From Octopus sinensis (lineage: Eukaryota), in NCBI RefSeq assembly GCF_006345805.1, contig NC_043003.1, positions 51,646,001 through 51,710,000 on the forward strand: a DNA stretch of 64,000 bases, in the 5' to 3' direction. Of the stretch, positions 41,284 to 54,110 are shown piece after piece. Below the pieces are notes generated by a model. That model had not been told where the DNA came from, did no database searches, and was given only the letters and a program-made list of their open reading frames with translations. Numbering within the stretch: position 1 is the first letter of the stretch; the number at the start of each line of letters is the position of its first letter. The position numbers and the translations under genes are program-made.

Positions 41284-42302
41284 GTACATATAAGTTAATT
41301 AGAGGATATATTAACCTCTTAAAGGGATGATTACATCCAATAAAATGCTGGTTCTATGCCTAATATTTTGGGGTAATAAAATTTCCCTACATCAATAGGT
41401 ATATATTAAGCATATAATCAGTAATCAATTGACAGAAAAAAAAGAAAATGGAGGGTTGAAAGTTAATAATTATTTATTTATATATTGATAATTCTTACTT
41501 CCTACAGCTGTTTCCATTTGCGCTCATTAAATAAATTACAAATTTATACTTTAAATTTGCATTTATAAGATATGAGCAAAATATCAAGAAAAAAGATAAA
41601 TATTAAAAGATTACATGTTGACTTCTTAGTTCATACCAGTAGACTGATGATATTTTGCTCATATCTTATAAATGCAAATTTAAAGCATAAATTTATAATT
41701 TATAATGGAAATAGCTATAAGAAGAAAGAATTATCAATTTATTAATAAATAATTATTAACTTTCAACTTTCCATTTTCTTTTCTTCTAATAATTGAATAC
41801 TGATTATGTATATCTACATTAGCTGGCCCTGTACCATAAAAAAATGATGGCTAATTGGCATATTTTATATATAAATAAGGATGGTAAATCAAATTAATAC
41901 ACTTGTCAATGTTATCTAGTGGTTGTCTTTTGAGATGTAACAACAATCATCGTTTGTTACTGAAAGAATGCTGATTCACACATACAAACATTCACATACT
42001 TCCCTTGTACATGCACATACATACACACATATACTCACTTGAAGTTTAAACACTGTTTGATGTTTTTTTTTCAGCATTGAATGTTCATCATCCCAATTCC
42101 ATTGCTTGCATGCACGCGTGCAAACACACACACAAACATTCACATACCTCCGTTTTACATACACACATACATATTCTCACAGAGTTAAAACGCTTCCACT
42201 ACCAGCTTGCCATCATCCCTTCCTTCTTTATTCATCTATCACCCCTTCCCTTCTTGTTCATTCATATGTTGTGATGGAGAAAAACACAAGGGTATTATTA
42301 TA

Positions 42303-42338
<36 letters not shown>

Positions 42339-42339
42339 G

Positions 42340-42580
42340 TGATACCTGTGCTGGTGGCACGTAAAAAGCACCATCCAAACGTGGCCACTGCCAGCCTCGT
42401 CTGGCATATAAAAAGCACCCACTACACTCACGGAGTGGTTGGCGTTAGGAAGAGCATCCAGCTGTAGAAACACTGCCAGATCAGACTGGAGCCTGGTGCA
42501 GCCTCCCGGCTTCCCAGACCCCGGTTGAACCGTCCAACCCATGCTAGCACGGAAAACGGACATTAAATGATGATGATGAT
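42340..42580 (-). mobile_element. Representative of abundant SINE-like family A (other copies approx. 1320-1548, 4790-4900, 5970-6115, 10190-10400, 19075-19340, 26330-26570, 26680-26930, 29300-29720, 47170-47325, 47760-48210, 63610-63800)
   Basis: Shared text (cat)n-ttaacgtccgttttccatgctagcatgggttggacgg...ggatgcccttcctaacgccaaccactcc. It generates many spurious MLAWVG.. and MGWTV.. ORFs. Confidence 0.85.
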
Positions 42581-42889
42581 GATATATATATATGTATACC
42601 AACATATACGTGTGTGTATGTGCATGCATGGGTGTATTTGTGTCTCTTTGTTTTGACACTGTGTACTAGTTATAAACAAATGTCACTATTTTACAAGCAG
42701 TACCATTTATTTCTTATCTTTCTGAAAACATATCTAGCCATGAGGAAATATTACCTTGCTTGGAAACAGGTAAGGGTTGGTGACAGGAAGGGCATCCAGT
42801 CATAGAAAATCTGTCTCAGTGGCTTCTGTCCTGTTCATGCAGGCATGGAAAAGTGAATGTTAAAATGATGATGATGATGATGAATAGCC

Positions 42890-43060
42890 CTTTCAGGGAT
42901 AATTTTCTCCAAGCCAATTTCTGGGTAAAACTGTCTACTTTTCTTATGACCTTGTTCCAGTTGCTTTCCACTGGCAAGTCTGACACAAACAAAATTCCCA
43001 TACATTTTGACAAGGGTATCAGTCCTGTGACCCACAATGTTAACTGGCATAAATTAATTA
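42890..43060 (-). mobile_element. L1/Tx1-clade RT fragment
   Basis: MGILFVSDLPVESNWNKVIRKVDSFTQKLAWRKLSLKG resembles the Tx1/L1 LG.F....NW..V..K.....W..R.LSL.G segment. Confidence 0.6.
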
Positions 43061-43870
43061 GCCTTCCTGGATGTTACGCTACAAGCCCACCAAACTGTAC
43101 TTTAATAAAGTACTACTCATAACTGACCTCCTAGCTGAAACTTCTTAAAACTCTGTGATATTCATGTGAAACTTCACCTGTTTTAAAAAAATGACATGGT
43201 AAAGATACAAAAGAAATTCAGCAAACACACTACTAGATGACACATAATAAGCCAGATATGTCAGGTGAACAATACATAAATAATCAATATAGCAATACTA
43301 GATAACTATGATTTAGGGTTGAAATAAGCAGAAAAGCCAAGGAATTTCACTGACTTAATTACTGAATTAAAAACATCACAGCAGTTATGATACATTTTCA
43401 TGCTTCCATTTATATTTGATGTGATTGGAATGATGCACAAGCACTTCAGTCAAAACATTCAGAGATTGCAATAATCTCAATATAATAACAATACCAAGGT
43501 CTGCAAATATTGTTGAGGGATTCTCATATGGTATTTGTCAACCTTGAATAATTCTTAGAATGTGTTCTAAAATGTACTTAATTCTTTTTGATGTAAGAAA
43601 GAAAACACTTGATGAATTATTGAAGTCAATGGTCATAATATTGGTTTTAAATTTTGGTACAAGGCCAGCAATTTGGGGGAAGGGGTTAAGTTGATTACAC
43701 TGACCCCAGTACTCAACTGGTAATCGTTTTATATGTCCCAAAAGGATGAAAGGCAAAGCTGACTTTGGCAGAATTTGAACTCAGAATGTAAAGCTGCAAA
43801 GCATTCTGAAGAAATGCCACTAAGCACTTTGCCTGGTACAGTAACGCTTCTGCTAACTCACTGTCTTGAA

Positions 43871-43905
<35 letters not shown>

Positions 43906-43931
43906 ATAATAATAATAATAATAATAATAAT

Positions 43932-45350
43932 TAAAAAAAAATGGTGACAAGTAGAGAAAAGCTTGTCAGGACAGAAGGTACATGGTTGCCATGTGGTGAA
44001 ATGATGAAGGCAATTCAACCCTAATCCAGCCATAAATATTAGAAGTAGATGGAATTAAGCACAATGACATGAAGAAAAAGATTAAAAGAGTGTACCTGCA
44101 GTGAATGAGAAAAATATTGGCTTCAAAGATGAATACTAGAAACATAAATTCAGTGATAAACTCACACGCAGTCACAGCAGTTCGGTATGGTGCTGGAATC
44201 AAGAAGTGGACCAAGGAAGAGCTAAAGGAGATGGCTCCTAAAGATGCATTGAGCCCATCATCTACATCCAGATACTAATCACCTATACATGAAGAGAGCG
44301 AATGGAGGAAGAGGACTGATAAGTGTGGAACTCTGCATACGTGTCAAACTTGAGAGTTTAATGAGATACCAAGCCCAAAATAAGGAAACCTTGCTAGTGT
44401 CAGTTAGGAACGAGGGAGTATTGAAAGCAGAGAAAAAAGGTAAAACAAAAGAAAAAGTGCAAAAAGCACATGAAGAAGAATTACGCAACAAGGGACTACA
44501 CTATCAATTTCATGTAGCCACAACAGAAGTTACTGGAAAAAATAGGTGGGATTGACTGAAGAAATGAACATTAAAAAAGAGACCAAGAGCATTATACTGG
44601 CAGTGCAAGACCAAGCTTTGGCCACAAACTAGAGGGTCAACCTTTGGAATGAGCAAGTGTCTCTGCTGTTTCACATCTGTAATAGGGTGGATGAAACCAT
44701 TGCCCATATCACGAACAAGTGCCCTAGATTTGCCCCAAACCACTATAAGTCATGGCAACATGATCAGGTAGCAAAAGTGTTACATTGGAAACTGTGCAAA
44801 AAGGAGAGGCTAGAGAGAGGCAAGACATGGTATGAGTACAAACCGCAGAGAGTGGTGGAGTTGGAGACTAGCAAAATCCTCTGGGATTTCCCAATCCAAA
44901 TACATCAGGTGCTATAGCATTAACTGACTAGACCTAGTGGTGGTTGATAAGATGTTCCACATGTGCTATATAGCTGATGTTGCATGTCCCTTTGACCCAT
45001 GAATAGTCAAGAATGAAGGTGAAAAAATCGATAAATACAATCCTCTTAAGTACGAAATAGCCTGGCTATGGAAAATGAAGAAGGTGAAGATAGTGCCAAT
45101 TATTGTTGGGACTTTGGAGACAATATCAGAAGATATCAAGAGGAATATAAAGGAAATTGAAATAGAGTGCCCAGTAGAACTGTTACAAAAGGTTTGCCTC
45201 TTTGGCATGGTCAGAATAATCATGAAAGTATTAGATAGCTAAAAAGAACAGATACCATGGTACCTAAGCTACAAGTAGAAAGCCCACTAAACATGCAAGA
45301 CTCCAGGAGTTCCAACAAAACCTGTGATAAAAAGAAACGATAATAATAAT
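43932..45350 (+). mobile_element. 5'-truncated R4/Dong-like non-LTR retrotransposon (RT C-terminus, CCHC finger, REL endonuclease), decayed
   Basis: Motifs GGRGLISVE, C..CNRVDETIAHITNKCP, HDQVAKVLHWKLC, KILWDFPIQ, DVACPFD, EKIDKYNPLKYEIA.LW, VPIIVGTL. Flanked by (TAA)n on both sides. Confidence 0.85.
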
Positions 45351-47295
45351 AAATGCCCTGGTGCAGTACCAGGCACTGGCTCTCATGGCTTCTGATCTTA
45401 ATTGATAGCAAGTGTTATTATGTACATGTTTTGTTTTAGTATAAAAAAGATGGGCTACAGCAAATATTGTACTCAATACCACAGATTTGCTTGTCAGTTG
45501 CTTGATCTTAACCAGTTGAGCATGTCCCTTAGTGGCTGACAATATGTGCATCTTTGACCATGAGCAGAAGTAGTGGGGGAGCATCATAGCCATATGTTGA
45601 GAGGAATTTGGTGGGGTTTGAATAATTCACCTTTGAAAGTATGAGTGTTTTATTCCATATCTTTAAACAACCCTTATTCAGGAACCTTTTGAGCAGGATG
45701 GGCTACTGCAAGATCATGCACAGTTTATCTTGATGTAAAATCACCATGTCGTGCACATATGGTTGTGATGCATGTGCCTGGTGTACTCTTATAAGACTGT
45801 AGTCATGATGGGTATATAGGGCTTCATATATTTATACTCCAGTGTCACTTTGATGGCATGTACTGTTCTCTCAATAATAATAATAATAATCCTTTCTACT
45901 GTAGGCACAAACCCTAAAATTTTGGCAGAGAGGGCTATTTGATTATATCGACCCCAAGTACTTAATGTACTTTATTGACCCTGATAGGATGAAAGGCAAA
46001 GTTGACCTCAGCATAATTTGAACTCAGAAATAAAGACATCAGAAAGGCTACTAAGCATTTTGTCTGGAGCAGAAACTGATTCTACCATCCCATTACCTTA
46101 ACAGTAATAAAAATGATAGTTTCTGATTGAGGTACAAGGCCAGCAATTTTGAGGGAGGTGGTTAGTTGATACCATCAATCCCCATATCAAACAGGAACTT
46201 TATTCTATCAACCCTGAAAGGATGGAAGGCAAAGTTAACCTTGGCAGGATTTGAAGTCCGATTGTAAAAGTATACTTCTAAATACGTCTAGGCATTTTAT
46301 ATGATACTGGAATAACTCTGCCAAACTAATAATTTCTAAAAAAGGCACAAAGTTACAAACTTTGGGAGAAGTCATAGTGAATTAAAATGACCTTGTGCTT
46401 GCCTGCTACTTAGTTTTATTGAAGATAGCAAAATCTGGACTAAGAATATAAGGAAACATAACTAAATATTACAAGACATTAGTCTGTCATCCTACGAATC
46501 AGCTAATCCATGGCCCTTTATGCTAATAATAATTTTTACTTTTTGGCTACAAGGGCTTAGGAAGTTCAAGGATGAAATACAAAAGCAGTGGAGGACTCAC
46601 ATCAAGTAATAGAGTGAAATCAATAACATAAAGAACAGTAAAACAAGAAAGAACCTTGAAATGGCTGACAACTATATTTGGGGTACTCCACACAAAACTC
46701 CAGATTATTTCAAATGTCAAAAGCAAAACTTTTTCCTGGTTCATGCCACAGCCTGAGTAGTCCCATTTAATCACATCAATTTCACCACTCTCCCTCGTTT
46801 TTCATAAAATTTACTAGAGACCACACCATCCATTCAACTTTTACTTTCCTCTGCAAACTTCAAGTGGTACTTGATGTGAACTTGACTTGAAGGTAAGAAC
46901 TTTGTTCTCTAACCTTTCAAAGTACATTCATGACACAACTCCCTTTGCCAATACCCTCAGGCACAAGAAGACATCAACACTCCCTTCCTTGCCAAAATAA
47001 GGCAGTTGTTTGATCTTCACAATAAACTTGTTTGATAGCCAGATCAGTCCTAAATATAATAACAACTGCACAAAAATCTAAATAATAATATTTCTAAACC
47101 ATATTCTTTTATTCTTTTACTTGTTTCAATCTTCTGACTGAAACCATGCTGGAGCACCACCTTTACATGAACATAGGAAGGGCATCCAGCTGTAGAAACA
47201 CTGCCAAATCAGACTGGAGCCTGGTGCAGCCTCCATGGCTTACCAGACCCCGGTCGAACCGTCCAACCCATGCTAGCATGGAGAACGGACGTTAA

Positions 47296-47327
<32 letters not shown>

Positions 47328-48313
47328 ATCGACCCCAGGACTTTGTAAGCCTAGTACTTATTCAATTGGTCTCTTTTTCCAAACCACTAAGTTTCAGGGA
47401 CGTAAACACACCATCATCGGTTGTGAAGTGATGGTGGGGGACAAACATGGACACACAAACACACACACATGTAGGCTTCTTTCAGTTTCTATCTACCAAA
47501 TCCACTCACAAGGCTTTGGTTGGCCCGAGGCTATAGTAGAAGACACTTGCCCAAGATGCCACACAGTAGGACTGAACCTAGAGCCATATGGTTGATAAGC
47601 AAGCTACTTACCACACAGCCATGCCTGCGCTTGTGATTGCAAATTTTGTGAGAGAGTATAGTCAATTATCTCAACCTCAGTACTTAACTATATTTTATTT
47701 TATTGACTTTTTTATTTTATTTTATTGATTTTATTTGAAATCAAATTCTATGATTGACATCTGTGCTAGTGGAGCACTAAGAGCTCCATCCGAGCGTGAT
47801 CATTTGCCAGAGCAACTGACTAGCTTCTGTGCTGGTGGCACATAAAAAGCACAATTCGAGCGTGATCATTACCAGCGTCGGTTTACTGGCACTTGTGCCG
47901 GTGTCACGTGAAAGAACATTTGAGCGAGGTCATTACTAGTGCCGCTGGACTAGCTCCTGTGCAGGTGGCACATAAAAAACACCATTTGAGCGTGGTTTTT
48001 GCCAGTACCACCTGACTGGCCCTTGTGCCAGTGACACGTAAAAGCACCTATACACTCTCGGAGTGGTTGGCGTTAGGAAGGGCATCCAGCTGTAGAAACT
48101 CTGCCAGATCAGATTGGAGCCTGGTGCAGCCATCTGGTTCACCAGTCCTCAGTCAAATCGTCCAATCCATGCTAGCATGGAAAGTGGACGGTTAAACGAT
48201 GATGATGATGATGACTCTGGAATGAAGAAATGCAAAATTGACCTCAGTGGGATTTGAACTCTAAATGAAAATAACAACATAAAAAAGTGTTTTTTTTTTA
48301 TCTTGGAGCATAC

Positions 48314-48495
48314 CTGATTCAGCCCTCCTGACCTCTGATCTTATAAGACCCTGTGATGGATATTTTTTCTTGCGCATCCGTGAAAAGCTTTTCCGCAATT
48401 TGTTTGCTTTATTGACGCTGAATGTTGATAAAGATCTCCTCATGTTGGACAGCTGTGGTACTATATTCAAATCGCGTCTCCATACAGATCTTGAA
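48314..48495 (-). CDS. THEMIS-like: Coding exon 2 of the THEMIS-like gene (S|SRSVWRRDLNIVPQLSNMRRSLSTFSVNKANKLRKSFSRMRKKKYPSQGLIRSEVRRAES)
   Basis: Acceptor gttattgttgtctacag|T and donor CAG|GTATGC. The 182 nt run phase 2 to phase 1, which fits the phase-2 donor of exon 1. The frame is open and the sequence is non-repetitive, with several CpGs. Confidence 0.78.
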
Positions 48496-49120
48496 CTGTA
48501 GACAACAATAACAATAGCAGTTACAATAATGATTACAAACAGAAACAAAAGAGATCAAATTTGGGGAGAGAAGGATATACTCAATTGAAAAGCAAAGTCA
48601 ACTTCAGTGGGATCTGAAGTCCAGTGTAAAGGTATACAGCTTAATACTACAAAATGTTTTATCTGTCACTTTTCTAATTATACCTATCCACCAGTATTAA
48701 TTATAATTTTTAATTTAGACATAAAGCCAGGAACTTTGGGCGAGAGATAAGCTGATTAAATTGACCGGTCAATTTAATTAATTATTCTTCATAAGTACTT
48801 TTACTTTACCAGCCCCAGAAGGATTTGACCTCAGAACATGCAGATTATAGAATCAGAGCAAATACTGCAAGCAGTATAGGTATGACAAGAATGATTAGAT
48901 AAAGAATAATGGAAAATAACATATATGCTGGAGTATAAGACCACCTAGTAGCCTTAAAAAATACCCATCAGAATAGGAGAGGCAATGGGGAATATACTCC
49001 TGATGTAAAATGTAAACCTTAAATTTTGTATTGTTAAATATGAATAATGGTTGATGATAGACTAAACTCTACCTTGCTAATTACTGACACATCTTATGCA
49101 CCAAGTCATATTTTACACTG

Positions 49121-49152
<32 letters not shown>

Positions 49153-49155
<3 letters not shown>

Positions 49156-49406
49156 GCCTGCCATGAGTGAAATCCCCAGAAACGTGGTATTGTGCATAGA
49201 GAATTTGTCTCCAAGGGCCAGACCACCAACTGGGAGATCTACTGCAACACTTTGAAGTGTTTGAGGGAGGACATTTGGTAAAAGCAACCAGACCTGTGGA
49301 GTGCAAAGAATTGGATTTTGCACGACAACAATGCATCCCATCACTGATCTCTCCTCACTTGTGAGTTTTTGCCAAAAACAACATGGTATTGCTTCTGCAC
49401 CCACCC
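49153..49406 (+). repeat. Second copy of the mariner internal segment 50745-50995, bounded by (TA)n on both sides
   Basis: Direct comparison shows near-identity over about 250 bp, with a handful of substitutions and the same deletion junction. Confidence 0.9.
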
Positions 49407-49417
49407 ATATATATATA

Positions 49418-49700
49418 ACAATTGCAGCGTGGAAGGTGTTTATAAGCCATTTAAGAAACACACAAAACCGTTAGATTCACTTCAGCATTTAAATTTAATT
49501 TGTCAAAATATTTTCGTCGCTTTGAGACCGTGACCTGTTCACTGACAAAGCTTCATGCTGCACGAAGCTTTGTCAGTGAACAGATCACGGTCTCAAAGCG
49601 ACGAAAATATTTTGACAAATTAAATTTAAATGCTGAAGTGAATCTAACGGTTTTGTGTGTTTCTTAAATGGCTTATAAACACCTTCCACGCTGCAATTGT
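49418..49700. repeat. Near-perfect 283-bp inverted repeat (137-bp arms)
   Basis: Arm 49418-49554 is the reverse complement of 49564-49700 with one mismatch that I could see. The spacer is atgctgcac. Confidence 0.95.
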
Positions 49701-49756
49701 TTTCGTTCCAGCACACAATCTTAGATCATGTCACTCGCTATGCAAGTACATCTCTG

Positions 49757-49816
<60 letters not shown>

Positions 49817-50373
49817 CAATAAGAAAATGGAAGGGATGAATATACATACATGTATAACATATTATGCTTTACATATAAAATATATAAAGATACCAGTAAT
49901 TATTAAAATATATAACATACAGGAATAGAAATTGGGAAAATATATAACAGCTGTTTCAGCCAAGATGCAAAAATACCTCATTCTACCTTTATCCCTCCAG
50001 TAGACTGAAGTAATTAGTAGATGCACACACACACATACATGTATATGGTAAGAGAAAAAAGACTCTTTATAAGTTGATAGTTATTGTTGTTGCTTAGCTC
50101 CAGGCTAGCCCTGACTGAGCAAAATTATAATCAAAACTATTTTGGACATGACTATCATGACTTTTTCTTTATCAAAGATAACCATGTCTAACAAATCCTC
50201 TTTTAGCACAACCATTTTGGTGCCACCTATTTGGAGATGGTGATTCAATGCTGTCATCAGATGTATTAATGTTTCATTTGTTCTCTCTCTCTCTCTCTTT
50301 CTCACTCTGTTTTGTGTATCTAGTTATGCTTGTATGTATGTGTAATCTCTCTCTCTTTCTATCAATCTAGCTG

Positions 50374-51265
50374 TATGAGGTGGTATCAAAAAGTTCCCAG
50401 GTTAGTTCTGTAGCACACCAACAGATGGCAGCACATGGTTGTATGCACAGCAAGAGCTAGCAGAGACCTTCATGAGGCACTGTGCAGAGTAACATCACTG
50501 TTTACTTTGCAAGTTGTGAAATTTGTGTTTTTATGATCACGTGTATGATGTAGTCTGTGATTTTGTCATGGACAGAAAGAGCCAACATGAAATTTTGTGT
50601 TAAATTTGGGAAGTCTGCTAAAGAGACATTGAGCATGCTTTGGCAAGCTTATGGCGATGAGGTAATGGGTCATACATAATCTTTCAAGTGATATGGGCAC
50701 TTCAAAAGTGAAAGAACATCCCAGAAAAACGATGAGCAATCTGGAAGGCCTGCCACAAGTGAAATCCCCAGAAACGTGGTATTGTGCATAGAGAATTTGT
50801 TTCCAAGGGCCAGACCATCAACTGGGAGTTCTACTGCAACACTTTGAAGTGTTTGAGGGAGGACATTTGGTAAAAGCAACTAGACCTGTGGAGTGCAAAG
50901 AATTGGATTTTGCACAACGACAATGCATCCCATCACTGATCTCTCCTCACTTGTGAGTTTTTGCCAAAAACAACATGGTATTGCTTCTGCACCCAACCAT
51001 TTTTACCAGATATAGCACCTACAAAATTCTATCTCTTCCCCAAAATGAAAATGTAGCTCAAAGGTTGCTGTTTTAACACTGTAGTCAAGACCCAGAGCAA
51101 ATCACAAAAGGCCCTTGACTCGCTTACAGAAAACAACTTACAAACCAGATTCCAAAAGTGGCAGGAATGCTGGGACTGGTGTATCTCTATGCAAGGTGAC
51201 TATCTCAAAGGCAATGATGTTAAAACTTAAGTAAATAAGGTATTTTTTTTATTAAACATGAAGCC
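50374..51265 (+). mobile_element. Internally deleted mariner element
   Basis: Left TIR tatgaggtggtatcaaaaagttccc. Motifs MKFCVKFGKSAKETL, DEQSGRP joined directly to VLHREFV..GQT.N.EFY, and later YLFPKMK, FQKWQECW. No clear right TIR. Confidence 0.8.
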
Positions 51266-53845
51266 TTGTAACCTATGTTCTAATTGATTTAACTAATTCA
51301 TCACTTCTCTATCAATGTGTCAAAGGCTTTTTTCATTTTATCTGCTGGGACCATGTGGCAGTCTGAATTACAGGAAATCAAGAGAATGTTAGAATTTCAT
51401 AGCTTACTCCATAAGTCATAGTCTTTAAAGTTTGTTATGTTGATAGAGAAGTGCTAAAATATACAATCACCAAAACATGTTGATTGTCCAGTCAACCATG
51501 CCAAATCATCAGCACATTTGTCTCATTCTGCTGACCTGGAGCTAAGCAGCAATAACAATTAACTTCTACAAAAATCATATACCTGTCCCTATATATACAT
51601 CAATGTAAAAGATAACTTGGTGTATATGTCCGTAGCTAACAAAGCAGGGGTTAGCCTGTCATCAACCATTACTCATATTTAACATCGGATTAAAGACTTG
51701 CATTTTATATCAAGGGATTTGGCTGCTATTTCTAACCGTGTCAACAGTTACATAATGGTTCTCTCATTGTTGCATTTACAAGTTGGTTATAAGTCAGGGA
51801 TGCAAGAAAATACCAATAACACTTGCAGACCCTCCCAGCCTATAGTTGATGCTTAGTTGGAACACCTGTAGGTCAATGTTTGTAGGTAAAAGTAAAAGCA
51901 AAGTGCATATTCCAAGGATAACACCATAATTCTCTTCTCTGCACACCTCTTGTAAAGAGGACAGAGATTTGTGTCAGTTGAGACTGTAGTAAGAGAAAAT
52001 GGATGGAAGAAAGAAAACCAGTGTTAATGTAAGTGATGGAGACAAGAGTGTCTTTGTATAGTAAGTAGAAAATGTAAAATGGTCACCAACTGTTTCAATG
52101 ATGAGCATAACAGTGGGTTCAGTCAAATGTACAGCATTGTCACTGAACTCTAGTGAGTATTCCCAACTAACTTAATGAGCAGGTGAGTATTGCAAAAACA
52201 TGTTTGTCATTAATCCTTTTGTTACCATATTTCTTTTGAATAATACAGCCTTTGCTTCAATTAATTCTTAAAATAATGAAGAATTTAGTAAAATAGCTTT
52301 GTCATTATTAAGTTGGTGTTTGGAACCTAAATCAGCACAAAACTTTGAGATTTTGATTCAGATCACTTTAAAAACAAGGCTTGTGTCACACAACTAAAGG
52401 CTAGCCTTAGACAGTTTGGTATCAAAAGAGTTAATGTGAACCTCAGACATAATCAACATCAGCATGACACTGTGTGCGACTAGCTGGAGTTTCATAGTAC
52501 TAGTACAATCCATCTGATAAGCTGCAACACAACTTCCATAAGGCATGTATTGAAGTGTAGCAATAGTAAAAGACAGCTTTTTCTTTTTACTTGCTTCACA
52601 CATTGGATGGCAGCCACTGCCTTGGAGGGTTTTAATCAAATCATAACCACTACTTATTTTTAGGCTTGTTACTTATTCTATCAGTCATATTTACGAAACT
52701 GCTGATGTAAATAAGCCAACACCAGTTGTAAAGCAGTGGTGGAGAACAAACACAAGTCACACACATATATTTGAAGGATTTCCACAGTTGCTATCTACCA
52801 AATTCATTCACAAGGCACTGGTCGGCCTGGGGCTATAGCAGAAGAAACTTACTGATGGTGCTACACAGTGGGATTGAACCTGACACCACATGGTTGCAAA
52901 GCAAGTTCCTTCACCACCTACCCAGCCTTGGCTGTGTCCTCTTTGTATGGTAGTGTTATTGTCAGTAGCTAAGTAATAGTGGTTTTGTCTATGATATCTG
53001 CTAATAATGGTTCTTGTGGAGCCAGGGTCCTAGTGTGTTTTAATATAGTTACCCAAGATCAACACCTATGAGCTCCCACTGTACCTACCTGTCTCACTAG
53101 TTGTTGTCCATTGATATAACACCATGCATAGCATTGTTCTCAACACACCGAGAGTAAAGAAAAAAAGAGCAGACAACTAAAAGGCAGTTATCTGTATGGA
53201 AAATTGTGTAGATGTAGTGGGTGTCAAGTAGTTATGGTGCATACAAGTTAACATGTGAACAACCCTCTAGTTTAGTCATTCTTAAGTGAAAGTCCCTCTC
53301 CTTCAGTATTTCTCATAAAGGACTGTGAGAATTAAAAAGAGGATGGGCAAATTACTGTGATTAATAAAATCAAAATGGTTTTACACTTTTTCGGTTTGTT
53401 TGATACCATGGTGAAGGAAGAACTGCATGGATGCAAACTATTTTGTCTTTCCATCAATAAAGAGTGGGGGAGGGTGGGGAATTTCACCAATAATTTGTAG
53501 GGGAGCTGGTAGTTGACAGTTTAAGAACTATTTCTCAAGTTAATCCATCTTTGCAGCTGCACCTCCCAAAAATACTATTAAAAATACTATTAGGGAGGAT
53601 TTTCAACATTGATACAAGATGATGTTCCAGCATTGCCTTTCCCACCGCCTCCTTTTAAGAGGGGGAAGTGTGCTGATCCCAAAACTTATATCACATGAAA
53701 TGGCATAAACAAACATTAGTAATGCTTTCTTGACACAAGACCACATAAGTTGGGGGATGGGTATAGTACTTGATTAGTATTATAATTATAATCTAATAAG
53801 GATAAAAGACAAAGTTAACAAATTTAATGGGATTTGAATTTAGAA

Positions 53846-54075
53846 CAGTGTTTCTCAACCATTTTTTACCTATAGACCCCTTTGATTCTTGTTTCATTCA
53901 AATAGACCCTCAAAATCACACATTTTATAATTAAATATTAGGAATTGTATTTAAAAATTGATAAAATATTTAGTGTATTGTAATAGTATATAACAAATTA
54001 ATTGCACATAAATTTCAACGACAAAATCTTATATGGTCCTCCAAAGGTCATGTGGACCTCAACAGAGAACCACTT
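53846..54075. mobile_element. hAT-like MITE
   Basis: cagtgtttctcaacc ... gagaaccact ends. The flanks atttagaa and atctaaaa resemble a decayed 8-bp TSD. A similar left end occurs at about 16202. Confidence 0.6.
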
Positions 54076-54110
54076 ATCTAAAATAACAATAATAATAACA
54101 ATGTCAATAC

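Noticed and set aside
46550-47050. Host exon or intact RT
   Set aside because: Multiple stops. There is only a faint resemblance to a Penelope RT remnant, too weak to call.
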